Of a stretch of 64,000 nucleotides of DNA, positions 1 through 17,199 are shown in pieces; the stretch's first letter is position 1, and each line of letters opens with the position of its first letter. The notes beneath the pieces were generated by a model. The model was not told where the DNA came from. It was given only the letters and a program-made list of their open reading frames with translations, and made no database searches. The position numbers and the translations under genes were made by a program. The stretch lies in the NCBI RefSeq assembly GCF_009914755.1, contig NC_060927.1; one strand, written 5' to 3'. The DNA is from the human T2T-CHM13v2.0 reference genome, Homo sapiens.

Positions 1-174
<174 letters not shown>

Positions 175-1476
175 TAAGGAGCCACATCCCTGCAGTGGTG
201 ACTGTGCCTATGGCCCCATACCTGCTAGGGCTTCAGACAGCCTCCTCCCTCCTGGTGCTAACTCTGCTCCCTTTTTCCCTGACTTCCATGAGGCTGGAAA
301 GAACACTGTGGGTCTTTGGGGCCCTTTAAGAGAAGGGTCTGGAATCTGTGGCCCTGCCTCTGCAATGGGCATCCTCCCTTCTCTGAGCTGTTGGAAGCAG
401 CAGTGTCAGTTCAGATCTATCCCAGAAACATCTGATCCAACTGATGGAAAAGCTCTAAATTTTCCTTACAGCTTTGTAAAAAACCACTTTCCTCCATTTT
501 GATATTCCAAAGAGCCACGTGGAGAGGGGAGAAAATGTTCTCTTCTCCACCTTGCAGTTTTCCAATATAGTGACTGTAACAACAGTGGAGATTTTATCAT
601 GAGTAGCAGAGTAGTTGCTAAGAGAACAAGTGTGCTCAGGGCTGCATTCTTTAATATGCTGAAGCACCATGGTTCCTTTCTCCTCATTTTGGAAGTGGGA
701 TTATGTTTTTCTGTCTATTCACTGGCATGTCTCAAGCATGATTTTTAATGATGCTGTCCATATCAGCTAATTAAACAAATAGCAGATACCAAGTTCCAGT
801 ATTTTCCTTCTTCTGCGGAGAAGCCATTTTTCTCTGCCTTATAGATCATGATGAGGATATTATAAAATAATTTTGTATTCTGCCAGTATAGAGCTGAGTT
901 ACTAGGTTGACAATTAGGTAACCACGTAGTGTAATTGGAAGTCTTGAGCTGGGTGTCAAATCAGTGATGGATTCAAGTCCTGGCTCTGCCTCCTAACTAA
1001 CTGTCTAGCCTTGGGAAAGTCATTTACCTTCTCTGAGCGTGAAATCCCTCATCAGGAACAAAAATAACCCCATTGAAGGGCTTTTCAGAAGACTAGAATT
1101 AACACATGTGATCCTGCACAGTGATACCTTCTAGGCCTTCAATAAATAGAAACTTTATGGCCATCCAGCCAGGGACTTGCCAGCCATCCTCCCAGGTCCT
1201 CACTGAGGCAGTTTTGAAATTCAAGGTGGAACTTGGAGGGAGGTATATAGGAAGGCCCAGACCATTTTAGGGTAGAAATGTTGGCTCCAGGAGGAAAATA
1301 GCACACCCTCTTTGTTGATAAGCGCTGACAAAGGGCTTCCCTACCAGAGATGTTGGTGGCCTGCATACAGCACAGCAGTTGTGGCCTTATTGATGAGGAT
1401 AAGGTTTCCTGCTTGGCTGCAGAATTACTGGAGGGCAGAACCTAGGCCTTGGTGTTGGGCAAGGCTCCCTGGATGA

Positions 1477-1771
<295 letters not shown>

Positions 1772-3158
1772 CCTGGATGATCTTAATGAGCATCCAAGGC
1801 TGAGAGCTACTGAGCCAGTGTGGCCGAGCAAGGCAGCCCAGTGGTACAGACTAGAGGCACCAGAGCCCACCAGATGTGGATTCCTTACCCTTGAACTACA
1901 AGACCTTGGACAAGGTTCTTAACCTCTCTGAATCCTAGTTACTCATCTGAAAAATGGGGATATGAGCAGTATCGGTCTCATAATCCCCAGGGCTACTGGG
2001 GATTAAATGAGATAATACTTCTGCGGTACTTGGCTCAGTTCCTACTACCCAGTATTATTATTATTACTATTGGAGCTAATCCTGATAACATTATCACCAT
2101 TATCTATCACTTCTATCCCTCCTGCTTGCCACGTAGCTTCTTCCTTATCATCTAGTTTTTAGTATCAGCAATAAAACATGTTAGTTGCCTTCAAGTCCAA
2201 CAAGACCATTAAAAAGGAAATCAGCATGGCAAATGTTAGCCAGCTGTTATTCCTTTTATAAATTGAGCCCGCATTTTCTCCCTCACTTGGACCTCACTTG
2301 CACAAGGTAAGTGAGGAAGATGAAGTAATCTTTATTTTCTAATTATTTCCCAAAATAGTGTCTGTGTTCTGGTTGATTGCTCTCCAAATAAAAAGACCTG
2401 GCTTCAATTTAGAGGCGCACTGTTGAGATCAGCTTCTTAGAGCAGCCCTGGGTGGTAGGAAGCTGGGTTCCCCGAGGGCTCTCTCTGAAAAGCTTCTACT
2501 CTTAGAGACCACCACTGTTCTCATTGGGAGGTCCCCTGATTAAAATGCAGGGGGTCCCAAAGCCCTGCCAGATCTAGGGCGCCCATGCTCTCTGCTCAGC
2601 CACTGCATTTAACCAGCTGACGAGGGAGCTGGAGGACTATGTGGGGGACTGGCCATTTCCTTGGGTAATATTTGTAAAGCTGGTATGAACTACTTCACAA
2701 ATGGAAGACAGAAATACAACCCTTCTTTTATTCTTAAATTAAAAATACACTCAAGCCCATACATGCTAAATTAGCAGAAGATTTATCAGTTCCTCTTGGG
2801 ATTCCTCATCCCTTCTCCCCAAATTCTCCAATAACACCCAAAGACTTACACTGCCTAAAGCGCAATATTTGGAGGGGCGATGAGCTTCACATCCATGCCT
2901 TAGAAGGGAGAGCCTGCTATGGCTTCCCACTGCCACAGAAGGCCCTGTTGATAGCTGGTCCTACCCATCAGACAGAAGGTGCTGGTTCTCTGCTGATCCA
3001 GGCCTTGAGGAGTCTCCAAGGCAGCTAATCCCCGTCCTGTGCTAGGCTTGACTAAGGGCACCTTCTTTTGAGTTCCTAGGTAGTGTGGCTTTTGGCACCT
3101 GGTTCCTTCAGTCCCACAGGCCCACAACTCTAGGAATGTTCTTAAGAATGAGTGTAGC

Positions 3159-3548
<390 letters not shown>

Positions 3549-3616
3549 TCAAGGATCTCACTTTATTCTCTGTCTTGAACACCAGGGCTTTCTTCACTCT
3601 TCCATAAGGAACCTAC

Positions 3617-3873
3617 CTTTAGGCAGTGGTCTCATGGTAGATATGTAATTAGCTTTGGAGGGGGGTCCTGATTTCTAGCATTTGCCAATTTCCGTGATGT
3701 ACATACTCCCATCAGGGCCAGTTTCAAGCTACCAACTTGCCATCTTTTGTCACAGTGTTGTGAAGAGATGCCCCAATTGATTCTTACAGGCTGGCATGAG
3801 CTGGAGCAACCATTGCCTTTGGGGCTTCCAAGTTGGTTTGTCTTCCTCGAGTCATCCTGGTAGATTTCTGCAC
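3617..3873 (-). ncRNA. LARS2-AS1: LARS2-AS1 probable exon 3 (257 nt); later exon(s) lie left of the window
   Basis: Minus-strand acceptor tcttctacttctgttctggggtgacag|GTG and donor AAG|gtaggt. The size agrees with my recollection of the annotated transcript. Confidence 0.65.
3622..3815. mobile_element. MER63-like hAT DNA transposon relic
   Basis: cagtgg start and core ttgccaatttccgtgatgtacatactcccatcagggccagtttcaagctaccaac resemble the MER63 consensus as I recall it. Confidence 0.55.
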
Positions 3874-4156
3874 CTGTCACCCCAGAACAGAAGTAGAAGA
3901 AAAATCCAAGTTGATTTTCCACACATCTCCCTATATTTGGTTCTCATTTGTCTTCATGCATTGATTGGCTTCATAAGCATCATAAAGTAGGCATTGGCGA
4001 AGGCAATCTTGACATGCCTGGAACAGAAGTTAAGGCACAAAAGAGATACCTAATCCTGTCTTGTCCTTTTGGATGGTGAGGCTTTCTACCAGGTTAAATT
4101 CAGAGAAGTGGAAAATAAGGCTTTTAATTGTTGAAAATTGAAACTTTTATTTGTAA

Positions 4157-4531
<375 letters not shown>

Positions 4532-4588
4532 TGTGGCTTTATTCTTATGACATTTTAAATTCATACTTATAGCTCTCTCAAAAGCTGA

Positions 4589-4747
<159 letters not shown>

Positions 4748-4778
4748 TAAAACGTCCCTGCTGATGTCTTTGAGCATT

Positions 4779-5226
4779 TGTCAGTGTGGCTCCTCCTAGA
4801 AGCAAAGACCAAGATGGAATTAGACATGCAAGAGATTTCTTGGGGGGAAATGCTTGTGCAGATTAAAGGGGAGAAGAGGAGGAGTGGGCAGAGAGTGCTC
4901 TTAGACCACGATGGAGCTGTGACAGGTGTGAAAGGAGAAGGGAAAGGAAGGAGGATCAGGTGGAGGAGCCTCAGCCCACAGCACAACTCTGAGAAAGCCT
5001 CGACCTGGCCAGTGGGAAGGCCCAAGCAAAGCTTGTCCATTAGAGTCTTACAGTCAGGCTAAAATGGCTCTGCTCCAGCCCCTCCCTCTACTCTCCTGGG
5101 AGCAGCCTGGGAGAGCAACATGGGCTGGCAGGAACACACCAGAGTGGGTCCACAGATGCAGCAGCTGGAAGCTGTCAGTCAACTGTGCACCTCGGAACAG
5201 GCTCTCTTAAAGGGAGAGTGCTACAT
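4779..5226. mobile_element. Old ERVL/MaLR-class solo LTR (LTR16-like)
   Basis: tgtcagtgtggctcctcctagaagcaaagaccaagatggaattagacatgcaagagatttc...ctaca, with TG...CA ends and a purine-rich body typical of this class. Confidence 0.6.
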
Positions 5227-5997
5227 CATTAAGTTAGATTATTCACAGCCAAGTAAATCCCAAGTACAACACAAATACAAAACGGAAAAAGAAGGAAATG
5301 CTACTGTGATACCCTCCTTGCAGTGAACTGCATTTGTATGATTGTAAAGATGTAATGTTATTTATTTAACTGAAAAGAATAATGTAACTCTACAGAGAAG
5401 GTAGCAGGTAGGGAGGGTGAGACCGCTAAGAAGCCTCACCTCTTACTACATAGTAGATCATTTCCTAAATTGATAAATCAATAAAGAGTATAAACATGTT
5501 TTTTTTTTTCAATAATTGCTGGGAGAAACAACCAAAAGAATTAAAAGTGGCTAAGAGACAGGCCTGAGGCAAGGAAAGAATTGGGGCTGGAGACCACTGT
5601 TTTTCATTGTAAATCTTTCAGTACCATTTTGATTTTTAAGCTGTATTCATGTGTTTATTTGAACCCCGCCCCCCCCAAAAAAAGAAACAAATTAAGGAAA
5701 AGAGAGCAGTAGGTAGCCTTATAAAGAGAGAGAATGAGAACCGAAAGAAACTCTTCCAGAGCCCAGGAAAAAACACAGCATTGTGCTTAAAAGGGCCTTG
5801 CCTAATTGCTCTTGTCCATGGCAGAAACATTCTGGAACCCTGTTGCCTACATATAAAATATGCCTCCCTATTCTTCGTGGTTCTAAAATAATATCTTTCT
5901 AGTGAGACAGATACTCCTGCCCTCACCCTGCCAGAATTTCAACCTGCAGTGTTGTGATTCTGTAATTTGAGTTCATATCAGATATAAGGGGGATCCT

Positions 5998-6431
<434 letters not shown>

Positions 6432-7384
6432 CTATAAGGGGCCATTGGTGCATTTCATGTAGTAACAACTGGCTTAGAATGCAAGTGAGGTCAGGCTCTT
6501 TCCTTTCTCAGAGTGCTTCAAAGGAAAGCCTTCACACAGATGAGAGAGACCTCAAGTTACCGTGGCGGGAGAGACATCCTGAGACCGTCACAGCCCCCAG
6601 TTTGTGAACAGCAGTGAGCACTTCATTTCCCTCATGACACACTGTAGTTAGCTTCAGCCCCAGCACGAGTTCTTCCTGGGGTGGTTTCCTGAGTGGATCA
6701 TAAATCTGAGCTGTAGCTACTTTCAACATTTCACTCCTTAATATATCCCAAACTTGTTTTCCGGCCAAATACCATCCTTCACTTTCCTTTCTTTTCTGTC
6801 GCCTGGATTGGCAGTTGAATTTCTTTAGGGAACTGTTTTTCACGAAGAAAAAAAGTGTTTTTTAAAAATTTTATCAGAATTCTGGTACAGTGACTGGAGA
6901 ACACCAAACTATATTAAGATGCAAATATGTGGTGGTAGCCAGGCTCTTTTTTCTAGCCTCAAAGCTGAAGCCAGCCAAGTCTATCCTGGGGAAAAAGGTG
7001 GCTTGAGGTGTCAGGGAACCAATTCACAAATATTCGAAGTCCTCCAAAGGCAAAGGTTTGCTTGATTGGCTGACCTCAAGGGACGGCATTACCTTGGCAA
7101 CACAGAGGTCTGTCGCCAGCCAGTGCTGCCCCTCCCACCGAAGGTCCCAGCCAGAAAATGGAAATGACATTTCCTTTCCTCTCCAGTGTCCTTTAGGACC
7201 CAAGAGTATGAGAAAGCCTTTCTATTAGTATCTGTTAGGTGAGAGTTATTGGGCTATTATATGACAATTCACCTTAAATATGTTGCATCGCATTCAGTAA
7301 GCAATATACAGTCTCTAGCTGAGTATATTTTCAGACTGCTTTAAAAAATAAAATCAAATTTCTATTTTAAAATAAACATTTACA

Positions 7385-8010
<626 letters not shown>

Positions 8011-8296
8011 ATGTTTTTTAATGTGAAAATAAATTAATAAATAAACATTTAGTATCTGCATGTTAATCTTCATTGTAAATACCACATTGCCCTCTATTGG
8101 TAGGAACTCTGACATCTCAATTGTGTAATCATAATAATAAAAATTAAAGTGAATCTAGATATTCAAGGTGCATTGTAGCAAGATGCCTTTTTTTGCTGGT
8201 ATGTTTTCCTTTTGTCCTCATTTTATATGCAAATTGCTTTTGTTGAAATATGTCAGTAATATCTTCTGTAACCATTTTTATAATTTCATAAATTAA

Positions 8297-8674
<378 letters not shown>

Positions 8675-8758
8675 TTCTCTTATATTTTAAAAAAATCATT
8701 GTTATTCCCTGATACGGTTCATTTCAGGGCATATGCATATTACAATAGGCCTGTTTAA

Positions 8759-8953
<195 letters not shown>

Positions 8954-9449
8954 TAAGCACTTATACTGCTTTGCAAAATAATTGAGTTCCATGAATAGCA
9001 ACTTTAAGCAGGTGTCAGTTCTTCTGAAGCAAGGTAAATGCATGTAGTAGAATACTAGTTTTCTAGTATGCTTTAGAGGTTGTCAACCTTAATCATTTGA
9101 GGTCCATTTATATTGCGTAGTCAGTTCTGGCATGTGATGTTGCATGCTTGCATAGAACCTAGCCTTCAGTGCTTCTCTGTTTAACTGAGTTAAGTAATTA
9201 AGAATTGTACCTGTGAGGCAGAGAGGAGTGGCCCATAGTGTTTTATAGCATCTCATGTGAGGTCATGCTTATCACCCAGTCCTTCCATGTCAGCTCTTGT
9301 TCCTAAGCTTGGCTGAATCCCACCTTGATGCATCCCTCTAAAAAATGTATAGAGTGGATTTGAAATAGAGAATCACATTGTAAAAACATCAGTAAATTCT
9401 TTTCCTGTTGGCCTATTGTAACCCTTTCCTCATAATGTTCAGAAAAATG

Positions 9450-12000
9450 TGTGTGTACTTTTCCCCATGAAACGTATCATATATAAAAATTACATATTTA
9501 ATGTATTTAAAGAATGGTACAACACATTAAATATGGAATTTTTATATATGAACATACATGCCCCACTCCTCAGTTTAAGAAACAGAGTATTTCAGGTACC
9601 TTAGAATCCCCAAGGTGCCCCCTCCAATTGTGTATCGCTCTTCTACGCCCACCACCTCGCCCCTAGCTAATACCGATCCCAGATTTTTAATTCCTCACTT
9701 TCTTGCTTTTCTTTATAAATGTATCGTTTCTGCATGTATTTTTAAACTATATATTGTCTGGTTTTCCTGTGTTTGAAGTTTACATAGGTAGAATTATATT
9801 TCAGGTATTCTGTCTTGCTTTCCTCACTCAACAGTTTTTTGAGATTCAGCAGTGCTGACGGATGAAGTTATATTTCATTCCTGTTTCACTGCTGCGTGAT
9901 ATTCCATTATATGGAATGAAACTTCCAAAATAGAACTCAGTTTATGTATCATACCACCATTAATGGTGGTTGGACTGTTTTGTGCAATTATGAACAAAAC
10001 TGCTATGAACCTTCTTGCACGTGGTTCCTGACATATGCGTCACCATTTCTTTAAAATGTGTACCTAAGAGTAGAATTGCTCGATTGTAGGATACGCACGT
10101 GTTCAACTGTCTTGAGAAACACCAAACTGTTTTCCATAGTGATTACCTAAGCCTATACTCCCACTAGTAGAAATGAGGGATCCGATCACTCTACGTCGTC
10201 ATCAACATTTTGTACTATCCAACTTTTAAATTTCACCAAACCAGTGGGTATATAATGGGTCACGTTGTGAGTTAAATTTGAATTTCAAGACACCGATTTT
10301 TTTTTAATTTTTTAATTTTTAATTTTTGCAGGTACATAGTAGGTGTATATTTATGGGGTACATGAGATATTTTGGTATGGGCATGCAATGCATAGTAATC
10401 ACATCATGGAAAGTTGGGTATCCATTCCTTCAAGCATTTATCCTTTGTGTTACAAACAATCCAATTATACTCTTTTAGTTATTTTTAAATGTTTAATTAA
10501 GTTATTGTTGACTATAGTTGATTTCTTAATGAAGTTTATCATGTTTCATAGGTTTATGAATCTCTGTGATCAAATCCCTGTTTGTATCCTATGCTTTTAT
10601 TTTTTCTAGATCGTTTCTCTTTTATTGATTTGTAAGGGGTTCTTTAAATATTCTTGATACTAATCCTTTTTCAGCTATATGTATTGCAAGTAGTTTTTTC
10701 TAGTTCTTGGCTTGTCTTGTTTTTATGGCATCTTTTGATGAACAGAAACTCTTAATGTAGTAAAAATTAATAATCTTTCCTTTATGGCTACTGCTTTCGG
10801 TGTGTCAGTACTGTTAATGGAATAGTCCATCCTTTTCCCCACTGATCTGTAGTGCCCTCTCCATCATAAATCAAGTTGTCATATATCCCAGGGCTTATTG
10901 ATAGGATCTTTATTCTGGGACTACAGGCGCCCACCAGCACGCCCAGCTAATTTTTGTATTTTTAGTAGAGATGGAGTTTCACCATGATGGTCAGGCTGGT
11001 CTCAAACTTCTGACCTCAAGTAATCCGCCTGCCTCGGCCTCCCGAAGTGCTGGGATTACAGGCATGAGCCACTGTGCCCAGCCAATTTCTTTATAGCTAT
11101 CTTCCAGTTTCTAATTGTCTCTCTGTCTCTATCTGCTGATTAACCCATTCTTTGAGTTTTTTTATTTTAATTATTCTTCATTTCTAGAAGTTCTAGGTTT
11201 TTAAATTTTCCTTTATGATTTTTGTAGTATTTTCATGGTATCTTTTAAGACTTTATTTTCTAAAATAGATTAAACATACTATTTTATATTATCTGATAAT
11301 TCTTTATCTAATGTCATTATGGGTCTGTTTAGTCATTTGTTGTTTCTGCTGTTCTCACTCATGATGCCTAGTTCTTTGGGGGATGGGGTGCAAGGGGTGT
11401 TTTAACTGACCTTATATTTCTTGAACCATTTTTTTTTTATAGGAACTCTTTGGAACCTCTCTGCTAGAGGTGATTTTGTGTTAGCTTCTCCCTGTTGCCT
11501 GGAGATGCTACCAATCCAAGATCACTTTAAACTGAATTTTCTGCTTGAGGTTTTTAGGACCATATAGGTAATACGAATACAGTCCCAAACCCACATGAGG
11601 GTCAACTTCTGTCTACAGATTCTCAGGAGAAATACTTTTCTTTCCTCCTATACATCACCATGGTCAAGATAGGCAAGTTTCCTTGTTTGTCTCTTCTAAC
11701 CACAGGTTTATTTCTAGTTCATTGATGATTTCTGGTTCAGTGACGATTCCTGCCTTGTTTGAGATCTTCTTCTAGACTCCCAAGGTTGCTTAGGCTTTAG
11801 GTTTGGTGTCCCATCTTTTGTGTACCATGCCATGCACAAACATTTATGATCACAGGGGTTCTATAGCTATGCCCAGGGTGGAAGCTGGCTTCAGTAACTG
11901 TGTTTTCCTAAGTTGGGTTTGGTTTGGTTTTGCCAGCTCAAATGTATTTTATACTCCAACTGACTTTTTCACTTGTTTTTCATCAGGACAATAATTCAGG
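9450..12000 (-). mobile_element. Degenerate antisense L1M fragments, including a younger L1MA 3' end (~10297-10518) and a truncated Alu (10916-11083)
   Basis: T-rich sequence with L1 3'UTR/ORF2 signatures (tgctatgaac.ttcttgcac, ccaaactgttttcca, gtgtatatttatggggtacatgagata). Confidence 0.75.
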
Positions 12001-13170
12001 CTCTCTTGTCTGCTGTATTACCAGAAGCATAATTGCTGGATTTTTTTTTTCAGTTGTTGTTATGTTGTTTTTCTGTTTGTTTGTTTACTACAACATCCTT
12101 TAGAATATTTTTTAATTACAGAGAAGGAAAGGGGGGAAATATCTGATTATTTCCCTATCCAGATAACCCATGTTGACAATTTAAAAAAAAGTAATACATG
12201 TCTAAACCATTTTGTAACTACACAGAAAGTGAACATTGTTGTCTCCCTCCCTGCACGCCACTCTTTAGCCCTTTCCTCGACTTTTAGGTTTCTTTTTATT
12301 TCTGCCAGGAAAATATTTTGCCTATCCCCACATGTGTTTTTATTGATATAGTCATTTTAAATGTTGCTTATATTGCATACATGTCCTTTGCTTCTTTGAC
12401 CTAATAATGTAGCTTGGTGGTCTTTCCATATCAGCACAAACAGATATCACATTCTTTTTAATGTAGGCATAGTATTCCCTCATATGGATATACCATAATT
12501 TATGTAAGCGGTCACCTATTCTTCCAATTACTATTTTTTTTTAAGTCCAGTGATCCTCTTTATTATACGCTTAGCAAATAATTGGGAGCATATATGTAGG
12601 CTCAAGTCCTAACACTGGGGAATTCTGGGTCAAAAAATATGTGTCTTTAAAATTTTGATAGATAGAAAAATATTACTTTTAAAACTTTTGAAATGCAGAC
12701 AGAAACCCATTTTCATTACAATGAAGCACATTGAAAGCTCCTTCCCTTCACTTAACCCTCGGACCAGATGGCCGACTCTGCACATGCATGCATGGATTAA
12801 AAGAAGTCTACTGTACAGAAAATTAATTTAGGGTCTAAATTAAATGCTTAAAATAAATTTATTCTCATCAGCCCCAGAGACCTTCATGTATGAAAATAAA
12901 CTGGTCTGCATCAGAAGGACACTAAAAACATTAACAGCATTACTCCTCACATAAACAAATTTGTTAAAGTGTTTGTACTTTAGGTTCTAGAATTTGCCAG
13001 TTCTGCTTTGCATTTCTTATGTCTGGAAACTAATTTACCTAACTAGATAAAGATTGTCATTGATAATGGGAATTGTGTCCTGTTACTGTCATGGTCTCAC
13101 AGATACTACACATTTTTAGTGTTTTTTTTGTTTTGTTTTGTTTGTTTTTTTTTTTAAGAAATTGAGTTTA

Positions 13171-13486
<316 letters not shown>

Positions 13487-13564
13487 AAATTGAGTTTAAT
13501 CCCTTGAAACAAACAGATAAAAGTTTATATTCTTCAAAGGAAATGTTCTCCAGTTCATGCAGTT

Positions 13565-14070
13565 GTGCACACCTATGTTCTTAGCTACTCCAGAAGCTGA
13601 GATTGAGGCTGAGGCGGGAAGATTACTTGAGCCCAGGAGCTTGATTCCAGCCTGGGCAACATAGGAATACCCTGTTTCTAAAACAAAACAAGAAACAAAG
13701 GAAATATCCTCCATGGGCTAGAGAGAATTGATTCAAACTTAAGTTAAAAACCAAATACAACTTGAGAAACATCTCAGGCCAGGCGTGGTGGTTCATGCTT
13801 ATAATCCCAGCACTTTGGGAGACCAAGGTGGAAGGATCACTTTAGGCCATGAGTTTGAGACCAGCCTAGGCAACGTAGTGAGACTCCATCTGTTAAAAAA
13901 AAAAAAAAAATTAATGAGCCAGGTGTGGTGGTGCACACTTGTAGTCCCAGCTACTTGGGAGTCTGAGGCAGCAGAATTACTTGAGTCCAGGAGTTCAAGG
14001 CTGCAGTGAGCCATGATTGCCACTGCATGCTAGCCTATGCAACAAAGTAAGACACTGCCTACAAAAAAAA
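13565..14070 (+). mobile_element. Alu monomer fragment (~13565-13700) followed by AluJ (13777-14070)
   Basis: Alu consensus blocks with J-type right arm (gagttcaaggctgcagtgagccatgatt). Confidence 0.85.
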
Positions 14071-15284
14071 GTTGGGGGAATAGCTCCTTCTTATGTAGGT
14101 CTGGAAACAAAGACCATATGTAAGTGATTTCTAGCTCCTTAACAGTAGAGCATATTTCTGCCAGTTTCTGAATGATTTTTTATGGAAGTATTCAATCAGT
14201 AAATTATTCAATGGCCAAGTATCCTAAGGTATAGGACAGGGTCTGACTATTTTTATGACTTATTTACAATAGTTTAAGACTATATTCAAGCAGGAAAAAG
14301 GGTTTGCTGCATGCTGATGTAATTTTAAAATGCAGTTTCAAATATGACTTTGTTTTCACTCAAATGCATTGCCAATTTGCAGATCCTCCAGGTAACACTT
14401 GGATTTTGCTTTACCATCAACATTAAGGAACAACTATATGGTGTAAATTGAAATAGACCTATGGAGTTTTGTTTTTTTGAATCTGTTTTTAAATTCTGTT
14501 CAAGATTCCGTTCCATGCTTTCCTCCTCCAAAAGAGACTTATTTTAATTACTGAAAAGGCTGACCTTTGAGGAAGGTACAGAAAGTCATCTTAACTGTTA
14601 CTCAGTGCTGCTGTCAGCATTACTCTTGTTGGATCACATCAGGGCAGCAACAGCCTCTGAAAACTCTCCCGGTGCATTACCTCTTTCTTAGAGGTGTATT
14701 GGTAAACCAGTCAGCCACACATGAAATGAAAATCACCCACTTTCTGAGATGAGTAATTTGGAATTCTACAGTCAGAATTTTTGAGAGCCTCCAAACAACT
14801 TTATCAAGCTGGGCTGGGAGGAAAAATTGAGACCTGTCAACCACATGTGTATTTCTGAAATCTGTATAAATCAGGATTTCCTAGTCTAGTTCTGTATTCC
14901 TTTTGATTAGCATTGTAATTTCAGGAGGCTATTTGAGATGATAGTACAGCTATTCCATTTTAGTTTAACATTTCTGAGCCCCTCAGCCCTTGTCTCAAGT
15001 AGCAGCTGTGAAACAGGAATCCAAAGACCTCTGTCCATGTTCAGTGGTGCCCCTGATTAGCTGTGTGGACAAGAAGCTGAACTCCTTTGGGTCTCAGTGG
15101 CCTCATATGTTAGGAACTCAGTTATCTCTGAGCACTCTTTTCACTCTGATTCTAATTTCTTCAAATACAGACAGCAAAGGTTTATGTATATCTAATCATC
15201 TTTCCTGTTTTGTAAGAGTTGTGGACATTTTTTTTCATCACCTGCACAGTTAGGCTTGCAGTTTGTACTTTAAGGTCTCCTTAC

Positions 15285-15355
15285 CTTACGTAAGAGGCTG
15301 GCCTCCAAGTTAAGTGTGCCACCACACAGGACAGCAGGTGCCTTAGTTGTGTGAT
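15285..15355 (-). ncRNA. LARS2-AS1: LARS2-AS1 probable exon 2 (71 nt)
   Basis: Minus-strand acceptor cttggtatttcag|ATC and strong donor AAG|gtaagg. Confidence 0.6.
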
Positions 15356-15487
15356 CTGAAATACCAAGTTAATGATTAACCGGGAATTAATGTAAGCAGG
15401 AAACCCACAAAAGAAGATATCCAAATGATTAATAAACATTTTATCACACTATAAAATAATAAACATCTTACACTGTAAAATGTTTCC

Positions 15488-16230
15488 GTCCCAGCACGAT
15501 GGCTCACACCTGTAATCCCAACACTTTGGGATTGCAAGACAGGAAGATCATTTGAGTGCAGGGGTTCGAGACCAGCCTGGGCAACACAGCAAGACCCCAT
15601 TTCTATGATTTAAAAAAAAAAAATTTCCCTCACTGGCAAATATAAATTATTCAGCAGTGAGATGCCATCTTCCATGTAGTAAGGAAGCTAGCATAAGAGC
15701 AGCTCTCATATATTGCAGGAAGTAGCTTGGAACAATCTTTCTGAAAAGCAGTTTGGCAATACATAGTGAGAGCCTTAAAACTATTCATTTTTGGGTGCAC
15801 TAATTGCACTGCTAAAAATCTATCCTAAGGAAATAATCAGAAATGCAAACTTATGCACCAAGATGTTCATGTAAGTGTTATTTCAAGTAGCTAAAAATTT
15901 GGATACAATCTAAATGCCCCAAAATGCTGAGACAGGGTAAATAAAGTATAATCCATCTACGTGGAGCACACTTATACAACACTTTCAATTAAATTACAAA
16001 GAATGTTTAATAACATGGAGAAATTCATCTGAAGTAATGAGAAATAGAAAAAGCAAGATACAGCTTGGTTATCTTTGTCTTTATATATACAAGCACATAT
16101 ATACACATACTCAAAGCAAGAGAAAAGACTTGAAAAACTCATGCCAACATGTTAACACTAGCTATCTCTGGGTGGTGATCCCAATATACTTCTGATTTTT
16201 TCCAGATTTTTTACAATGATTGTATAACTT
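15488..16230 (+). mobile_element. FLAM/Alu left monomer (15488-15623) within old L1ME 3' sequence
   Basis: Alu monomer followed by L1 ORF2/3' signatures (ttctgaaaagcagtttggcaata, tatcctaaggaaataatc, aatctaaatgccc). Confidence 0.7.
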
Positions 16231-17199
16231 TATCATTTACAGTATGGTATATATTCCAAAGAAGGAAAATATGCTGAGCCTCCTGCTGTGGTTGTGGGTG
16301 TGGGGTAGGATCAGCTTTCAGCTTCCCTCCTTCCGGTGGTTAGCACCAGGTTGAAAGAGAGGGGGCACATTAGAGCGTGGGAACATGTCATGGCCCATCT
16401 TCACTGAATGAGATCAGGAAGCCTTTTCTCTCCCTTTGTGGGAGACCGCTGTAAACATGGAATCTTGTCACTTTTTGTTGTAGCTCTGTAATGCAACTTA
16501 GACACTAAATTCCCCAAACTGAATTTCTCCCTTCAGTTTGGAATCAACAGAAAGTGGTGGCTGTCAGAAGCAAGCAGCTGCTCAGGGAGCTCCCATGAGA
16601 AGGGCAGGCCGCCTGCTGACCGTGGAGAGCACAGCAAGCCCCTATCCACAGAGCTTTCTTCTCTGTTACTCTGATCATGCCAGAAACAGGGCTACTGGGA
16701 AAAGGAACAGGAAGGGAAGAGAAGCTTTACTTGGGTCCTGCTGTATTAGTAAACCCTCCTTCTGCGCCACTAACTGGCTGCTAGGAAATGGGAATGGTGA
16801 TATTTCAAGAATGAGCCATGGCTAATACTTAGAAACTAGGCTAATTATGTGACATGATGGCCCTGGGCACAGAACAAGGAAGAAGAGGAAGGTAAACTTA
16901 GTCTGATTTAATGAAAAGTCCAATTTGGAGACCATTTTCAGAGATCTATGGCCTTCAAAGATCTGCAGCCTGGCAGGCCACTCTCGCACCAGGTCAGGGG
17001 AGTGGGCAGCAGGCTCTCTGGGGCTTCATGAATAGGTAAATGTCATCTGCAGCAAGAAGGTGGGGCTCTGATACATCCTGATATTCTTTGCTCATACTGT
17101 AATTAGCACATTCCTTGTATATAGTGATTTTTTTAAGAGCACTTAACATGGCCAATCAATCAATGTTCTGAATTTCCTTGTTTATCCTAATAATTAGCA

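Noticed and set aside
4778-5062. 94-aa ORF immediately after exon 14
   Set aside because: Lies in an LTR relic with no gag/pol/env similarity.
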